Assembly (NCBI GenBank): GCA_024650005.2
Contig: CP122380.1
Span: 704,001-768,000 of the forward strand
DNA: 64,000 nucleotides
Reading direction: 5' to 3'
Source: Candidatus Bathyarchaeum tardum
GTDB lineage: Archaea; Thermoproteota; Bathyarchaeia; Bathyarchaeales; Bathyarchaeaceae
A program made the translations under genes and the position numbers. The notes beneath the pieces were generated by a model that made no database searches, was not told the origin of the DNA, and worked only from the letters and a program-made list of their open reading frames with translations. Positions 58,181 to 64,000 of the stretch are shown piece after piece. Position 1 is the stretch's first letter. Every line of letters begins with the position of its first letter.

Positions 58181-58970
58181 CTACTGTCTGGCTAATTGAT
58201 GAGAGTATTTTTTTCTAGCAATTAGAGCAACTGCGGCAATTATCCCAAATATTGGCAGAATCATCCAAGTTGAAAATTCTGGAATTTAATTTCGTGGATC
58301 AAAAGGCTGCAAATATGGTTCCTCAAGGTCTCCACCTATGGCGTATCCTGCTTGTTCCCAGAATCCTCTGAAGTTTTCATTATCTGATAAGGCAATTCCG
58401 GTTATCCATTTTATCCATTTGTATCCCCATTTGCTTTCTGCTACTAACTGGAACGGGTATCCCCTTTCCGGTGGAAGAGTCACGTTGTTCATTTTGTATG
58501 CAATCATTATGTGATTGTCAAAAATGTAATCTAAGGACAAGGAAGTGCTGTATCCGTCGTAAGCATAGAAAATTACTGCAGTTGCATTGGGGTCAACTTC
58601 AGCATCTTCCAATAAATCTTCAAAAAGGATTCCTTCCCACAGAATGTGTGCTCTCCAGCCTTCTACACAGAATAATGTGACAACTTTTTTGTAATTTTGA
58701 AAACCATTTACCACTTCGTCGTAGGTAAACTCTAGTTCATTCTCAACTAAGCCGCCAATTCTTAGACGGTAGGTTTCGTTATCAACGTATTGTGGACCTT
58801 ATCGAGTTTTCTCGAAAAGCGTCAATTGAAGAAAGATTCTCTCCTTGGTATTGTCGGACTTCCACTTCGCCAAGGTCGGTTGGTGTTCCATATGTTACAG
58901 TAACGGGGTTTATCGCAAGGGTTAAAATTAATCCGAATAACATTAGAATTGTTGTGGATTGTTTTTTCAT
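58181..58970 (-). pseudogene. Disrupted secreted sulfite-oxidase-family molybdopterin-binding protein with PEF-CTERM
   Basis: MKKQSTT signal..RENSI | frameshift ~58800 | GPQYVD..TLFCVEGW..RGYPFQLVAESKWGYKWIKWI; TAA at 58286-58288 then in-frame IPEFSTWMILPIFGIIAAVALIARKK. Confidence 0.75.
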
Positions 58971-59285
58971 AAATTTATTACCCCCCAGTAATATGACATA
59001 CGTCATGTTTATAAACTTATCAGAAAGATTACACAATTAGCAACTAAATCGGCATGCTCAACTAAATTGTTGATCAATTGTGACTGGTTATGATGTATCT
59101 TCTGGGATTTAGTCATCCTCAGCAGTTGCAATAATCCCATTAAGAAGCTTGACTAAAAGTTTTCTTTTCTTTATTCCCCTACAAAAAATTCAATATCCAT
59201 ACATTAAATCTAAAATAGGGAAAAAAAGCTATTTTGGTGAAAAACCATGAAAAAAGAACTGTTTTATAAATAATTGTTAAAAATG

Positions 59286-60527
59286 TTAGGAATCAGCTGT
59301 TTTAGAAAGTCTTTTTTTGTAAATAATGCTCATCAAGGTTGCCCCTAATAGCAAGGGTACAATTGTCCATGGGGTAAACTCTGGAATAATGCCCTGTTCA
59401 TTTGTCTTGATTAACAAAAAATCAGAGCCTCCAGCACCAAAAGAACTTGTTTCTCCTGCTATTGCATATCCGCCATCAGATGTCGCAACCAACGAATGAG
59501 CAATGTCGTCCCCTGCTCCACCATATGTTTGATTCCACTCTATATTCCCATTAGCGTCAGTTTTTACCAACCAACAATCATAGCCCCCCGCACCAAAGGA
59601 ATTTGTTTGCCCCGCTAAAACAAATCCTTCATCTATCGTTTCAACCAAAGAACTAGCTAACTCGTCATAATTGTCATATAATCCACCGTAGTTTTTGCTC
59701 AATTTCATCAACCCATTCTCGTCAGTTTTAACCAACCAACAGGCACGAGCAGTCCAGAACCCAGAGGAGCCTGCTATTGCATATCCTCCCTCAGACGTCT
59801 CAACTACCGCTTTAGCATAATCTACCTCTTTGCTATATGTTCGGTTCCACTCAATGTTCCCGTATGCATCGGTCTTGATTAAATAAAAATCAGCTTCAGC
59901 ATAATTAATCTTAATGTTTGTTCCGCCAACTATCGCGAATCCCCCATCAGATGTCGTAATTAAATAACGAGCTGACAATCCAGAATATGTTTTATTCCAT
60001 TCCATGTTGCCATATGCATCAGTCTTCACCAACAGTTTACCACCAGCTATTGCATATCCTCCCTCAGATGTTTCAACCAACGAATGAGCAATGTCGTCCC
60101 CTGCTCCACCATATGTTTGATTCCACTCCATATTCCCATCAGCGTCGGTTTTTATTAGCCAACAATCAGCAGAGCCTGCCCCAAAAGAGTAAGTATACCC
60201 GGCTAGGGCATATCCTCCGTCAGGTGTCTCAACTAATGAATAAGCCACATCATAATTTACTCCCCCATAGGTTTTGTTCCACATCATGTTTCCATTAGCG
60301 TCAGTTTTTACTAACCAACAATCAGCAGAGCCTGCCCCAAAAGAGTAAGTATACCCCGCTAGAGCATATCCTCCATCAGAAGTCTCAACCAACGAATAAG
60401 CAATATCATCATCTGCTCCACCATAAGTTCTACTCCACATTACCGAAGATGCATCAACCAAACTAATTATCGGGAAACTGAGCAAAATACACATTACGCT
60501 TGCAAAAAGCAGCTTCTTACACAACAT
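59286..60527 (-). CDS. PEF-CTERM surface protein with ~52-aa beta-propeller-like repeats (paralog of 7288-8577)
   Basis: MLCKKLLF start like MLCKQLLF; same repeats; IPEFTPWTIVPLLLGATLMSIIYKKR. Confidence 0.88.
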   Translation of the reverse strand: MLCKKLLFASVMCILLSFPIISLVDASSVMWSRTYGGADDDIAYSLVETSDGGYALAGYTYSFGAGSADCWLVKTDANGNMMWNKTYGGVNYDVAYSLVETPDGGYALAGYTYSFGAGSADCWLIKTDADGNMEWNQTYGGAGDDIAHSLVETSEGGYAIAGGKLLVKTDAYGNMEWNKTYSGLSARYLITTSDGGFAIVGGTNIKINYAEADFYLIKTDAYGNIEWNRTYSKEVDYAKAVVETSEGGYAIAGSSGFWTARACWLVKTDENGLMKLSKNYGGLYDNYDELASSLVETIDEGFVLAGQTNSFGAGGYDCWLVKTDANGNIEWNQTYGGAGDDIAHSLVATSDGGYAIAGETSSFGAGGSDFLLIKTNEQGIIPEFTPWTIVPLLLGATLMSIIYKKRLSKTADS

Positions 60528-60574
60528 CCAATTCCCCTGAATATATTCTATAATATCAACTTAAACATTTTTTT

Positions 60575-60590
60575 GTCAAGAAACCTTGAC
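60575..60590. promoter_or_regulatory. Palindromic operator candidate GTCAA-N6-TTGAC
   Basis: GTCAAGAAACCTTGAC, same position relative to promoter as 8627-8642. Confidence 0.6.
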
Positions 60591-60719
60591 TAAAGAAAAT
60601 GAAGTAAAAATTCATAATTTAAACACATTTTAGCTTATATAATGTCAATGTTTACATTATTTAATTTTTAAACTTTTTAAAATTACCTAAACACAAAAAG
60701 AGGGGAAGTATATTTATTG

Positions 60720-61391
60720 CTATCTCACTATTAGTTGAAATCGGTTATTTTGTGATAGTTTATCTATTGGCACTAACTCATTTTTTAGAAAGCCACTGTC
60801 GTATTCTTGGAGTTGAATTTGTGATTTGTGGTTTATGCATATCGCGTCTCGTCGAATTGAGATGGCTCCGTTCGTAATTGTTACGAAACCGATTCTGTAG
60901 AAAGTAACCGAAATATTGTTTGGTTTCCCAGCACTCCAAAGACCAAGACCGTTTTTGTAGTTAGTGAAAGTTCCATAAGATCCGACTTTTGCACTTAATA
61001 TGGATTCATCAGCAGTCCAATTATGTCGGAAGTTACCGCTGACGCCATCGCGGAGAGTCCGGTCGATTAAATCGTATACACCCTCAGTTAGGATATTTAA
61101 TTCAGCATCGGAGAAAGAAGGAATGACATTTGTTCCTGTGAAGAAAATGAAGTTTTCAGCAGATCCTTTGTCTGATTCAATCTTTACATTAAAAACTTCG
61201 AGAAAGGCGTCGCACACTATATTTTTCACAGTGGGTCGTGAAATGTTAAAGTAGACAGTGGACGGATATTGACTTATTGGTGACAATAAAATTCCATTAG
61301 AATCAATTACCGTAGAGTTCTGATTACCCTTTCCTACATAGGCATATGTTGGATCCAAATTGAACTGTTTTGGTGTGGATTCTATTGTCAC
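60720..61391 (-). CDS. Uncharacterised protein, paralog of 8792-9625 lacking the N-terminal anchor
   Basis: High similarity from QFNLD onward; GTG start overlaps the upstream TGA. Confidence 0.75.
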   Translation of the reverse strand: MTIESTPKQFNLDPTYAYVGKGNQNSTVIDSNGILLSPISQYPSTVYFNISRPTVKNIVCDAFLEVFNVKIESDKGSAENFIFFTGTNVIPSFSDAELNILTEGVYDLIDRTLRDGVSGNFRHNWTADESILSAKVGSYGTFTNYKNGLGLWSAGKPNNISVTFYRIGFVTITNGAISIRRDAICINHKSQIQLQEYDSGFLKNELVPIDKLSQNNRFQLIVR

Positions 61392-62353
61392 TCAGTCCAA
61401 GATTCGAAGTCATATCTTTCTTCATCGATCCAAACGTCCCAGTCCATATAACCCGGGGCATCATAAACTTCGTAGCCAATGTTTTGGTTCCAGTTAACCC
61501 AACTGTAGTAATAATTGCTCAGATAGTTGTCATGGAATTTACAACCCGAGTTTTCTGTAAAAACGCCAGTATCAGAAAATATTTCGTTGGCATCATTAGC
61601 TTCATTCCCTCTAGCTATTAAGTGTCCATTCCGTTTCCAATTCCAATTTAAATAAATGTCGTACCAATAACCACCGAAACTACTATCATATGTACCATTC
61701 AGCACTATAGAATATGCGTCCGCTGTGTTCATATTCGTTTTTATGCCATGGAAATCCCAGTTAGAGCCATCAATTTGTTCATCGCTGTCGTAAGTGAAGT
61801 ACCAAACATACGCACTTGTATTCCAAGCTGCGACACCTATTTCTGTCCACTCATAATATGGGTGGGGTCTTCCAAGGTGCGTAGTAACGTAATGAGTATG
61901 CGTTTCATCATCGTCTATAGGCATGCTTCCAGGATACATGTAATTCCCTATTCCAGTGTAATCCCACGTTGGAGTGGCAAAGGCCACGCTTTTCTGGATA
62001 GTAGATCGAGAACTAGAACTGGCGGGCATCGATTTAGTACGGGGCAGACCTTTTAATTCCTCTGGCGACGGACTCTTGCCGATTATACCCGTTGCGCCTG
62101 ACTTTGGGTCCCAACCCATACCAAGTTTTCTAAGTTCCTCGGTTATTTGTGCATCTGTCATGCCTTTTGCTCTAAATTCCGCAATTTTTGGTTCCACAGG
62201 ATTAACATGGTTCTTAGTTGGCCATGGGTTAGCATTTGATGTGGAAAAAGTAGCTAGTACTATGGGCATTGCCAATGTTGAAGAAATCAATGAAAAAACA
62301 GCTAGAAGCAAAAACCATTTTTTTCCAATAGAGATACCTGTTTTTGTATTCAT
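61388..62353 (-). CDS. Secreted aromatic-rich protein, possibly neprosin-like
   Basis: AGGAGG SD before MNTK at 62353; signal peptide; low-complexity linker; WTEIGV and ANEIF Glu motifs. Confidence 0.7.
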   Translation of the reverse strand: MNTKTGISIGKKWFLLLAVFSLISSTLAMPIVLATFSTSNANPWPTKNHVNPVEPKIAEFRAKGMTDAQITEELRKLGMGWDPKSGATGIIGKSPSPEELKGLPRTKSMPASSSSRSTIQKSVAFATPTWDYTGIGNYMYPGSMPIDDDETHTHYVTTHLGRPHPYYEWTEIGVAAWNTSAYVWYFTYDSDEQIDGSNWDFHGIKTNMNTADAYSIVLNGTYDSSFGGYWYDIYLNWNWKRNGHLIARGNEANDANEIFSDTGVFTENSGCKFHDNYLSNYYYSWVNWNQNIGYEVYDAPGYMDWDVWIDEERYDFESWTE

Positions 62354-62403
62354 TTGTTTTTTCCTCCTTTTTATTTTCAACACGGCTTTTAATCCCCGTG
62401 TGA

Positions 62404-62450
62404 TCTCTTTCTGCCCTTCACTTGGGGCTAGGGCGGTGACGCACCTCCGA
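62404..62450 (-). promoter_or_regulatory. Conserved two-hairpin leader element (copy 2)
   Basis: Homologous to 10286-10331. Confidence 0.65.
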
Positions 62451-63091
62451 AACATTTGTTTCGCTTCAAGTAGGAAAAATCAGTTAACACGATCTGACAA
62501 GAAGCATCAATTTATTTTGTAGGAAAACTTTGATTCCTAAGTGCGAACAGTAGCATACAAGGCAACATAGTCTTTTTCCCCAAATTCCTTATGCCAAAAC
62601 TTTGATATAAATTTTTTGTAAAAAAGATTTATAGATGAACAAAAAATAACAAAAGTACTAAACAATTGTTTAACTAAAATTTAATGAATAATTGATAAAT
62701 ATTAAAATTTTTGCAACGTTTGTCAATTCAACAAAGACACTAACGCAACATTCAGAAGCGACATTTTATGAATAAATAATTCAAAAATGTTCTATTGGAT
62801 AATTGCCCTAAATGTATATTATTGGAATTTTTTTCTGCACAAAGGATTTTTTTGTAGTCCACTTCCAGTTGAAGAAAAACAGTTGCTAAGAACATTTTAC
62901 AATTAAACCATTCTCCAAAATAACAATGATACAAACATTTTTTGATCCTTTGACATTATTTGATAGGCTCTTCAAATGATTCTCTTGACCTAATTAGTGG
63001 TGAACAGGTAACACAAACTTACCTGAAATCAAAAACTTTTTCTATTCTTGTTTATATTCTAAACTCCTACCAAACTGTAATGGTGAATCTA

Positions 63092-63325
63092 ATGAGTGAA
63101 CCCTTAGAAGAACGAGTTAAGAAAGCTCTTGAACAAGTGCGACCTCAACTACAGGCTGACGGCGGTGACATCGAATATGTTGGATTTGACAATGGCGTAG
63201 TAAAAGTCAAACTTAAAGGTGCATGTAACGGATGCCCAATGTCTGCCATGACCCTGCAATGGGGTGTTGAAAACTTTCTTAAAAAACAGATATCTGAAGT
63301 AAAGAAAGTAGAAGCAGTCCAGTAG
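63092..63325 (+). CDS. NifU-like (NfuA C-terminal) Fe-S carrier
   Basis: VRPQLQADGGDIE..LKGACNGCPMS..TL; GGTGA SD before ATG 63092. Confidence 0.92.
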   Translation: MSEPLEERVKKALEQVRPQLQADGGDIEYVGFDNGVVKVKLKGACNGCPMSAMTLQWGVENFLKKQISEVKKVEAVQ

Positions 63326-63487
63326 CAAATTTTCAGCTTTAGTTTATACTAAGGCTCCTTGTTTTTATTTACAAAACATTTTGTTTAAAATTTAATTGTG
63401 TATATAGTTAAAAAAATAAAAGACCAGAAAACCAGCGAGTTTTGGTTTGCTGGTTACTGTTTTTTGTTTCAATACGAAGCTTTCGTG

Positions 63488-64000
63488 CTAATGTAATTCT
63501 TCCTTCAGGTTGAGGGAAGCTTTTACGACGTCCGCGTCGTATTGAATAGTAAACCCCATCTTCCGTAACAGTCGAATTGCCCTGTAATTGTCTTTTAGCA
63601 TTTCAGCGTAAATTGTATCCAGACCCATGTCTTTGCTGATTTCAATGATGTAGTCTACCATCTTGGAGCCTAAACCAAGGTTTTGCCATTTATCTGAAAC
63701 AATAAATGCGACTTCTCCGTTTTTACCATCAGGTTCAGTTATTAATCTAACAACTCCCAAGAATTGTCTTTTTCCGTTTTGAAATTCTGCTACAATTCCA
63801 ATTTCTCTGTCGTAGTCGATGTTGCAGTATCTAACTCGAACTTCGTGGGGCGTGTCTTTGATGAAATTAAAGAATCTATAACGTACTGCTTCTTCTGAGA
63901 AACTCTTGAACATGTCCAACCATAACGGCTCATCTTCAGGTTTAATAGGTCGCAATAGGACTTGTCTGCCGTCCCGCATTTTCCAAACAGTCTCGTATTT
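63488..64000 (-). CDS. GNAT acetyltransferase domain, probably the C-terminus of an acyl-CoA-synthetase/Pat-type fusion (partial)
   Basis: DGRQVLLRPIKPED, RYRFF, IDYDRE, VSDKWQNLGLG; frame open to window end. Confidence 0.8.
   Translation of the reverse strand, partial: KYETVWKMRDGRQVLLRPIKPEDEPLWLDMFKSFSEEAVRYRFFNFIKDTPHEVRVRYCNIDYDREIGIVAEFQNGKRQFLGVVRLITEPDGKNGEVAFIVSDKWQNLGLGSKMVDYIIEISKDMGLDTIYAEMLKDNYRAIRLLRKMGFTIQYDADVVKASLNLKEELH

Noticed and set aside
58286-58288. Pyrrolysine or selenocysteine readthrough before the PEF tail
   Set aside because: The codon is TAA, not TAG or TGA, and the gene also has a frameshift.
62354-62455. N-terminal extension MFRRCVTALAPSEGQKE of the ORF-track protein
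   Set aside because: A strong AGGAGG SD precedes ATG 62353, and the homologous segment at 10286-10331 has a 1-nt gap and flanking stops, so it is treated as non-coding.

Overview
AT-rich archaeal chromosomal window, most consistent with Bathyarchaeia. This is inferred from GGAGGTGA-type ribosome-binding sites, an A1-U72 initiator tRNA-Met, several PEF-CTERM surface proteins, methanofuran biosynthesis genes and the Lrp/wHTH repertoire. Core content includes the smc 5' end, a three-gene G3P-dehydrogenase-like operon, tusA-iscS-iscU, uspA/CBS, oligoendopeptidase F, csp, an rml-type nucleotide-sugar cluster, wecB, a UbiA prenyltransferase, PfpI, msrA, mfnB/E/F/D plus a HisA-like gene, cblT-cblS, citrate synthase, nfo, a NifU-like gene and a GNAT 3' end. 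The main unexplained features are: (1) a 125-nt structured element present twice in inverted orientation, each copy ~55-60 nt upstream of a start codon (csp and a 46-aa ORF), with different but pairing outer stems; (2) two paralogous three-gene surface cassettes (variable secreted protein, conserved partner, PEF-CTERM repeat protein) sharing a covarying two-hairpin leader and a GTCAA-N6-TTGAC palindrome, one inside an integrase-less island bounded by a 15-bp copy of the tRNA-Met 3' end; (3) an unannotated pair of very acidic and very basic micropeptides with strong SD sites; (4) a proline-rich 40-aa ORF; (5) an RHH-CblS fusion divergent from cblTS that looks like an enzyme-derived regulator. 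All calls come from reading the sequence; no searches were run.
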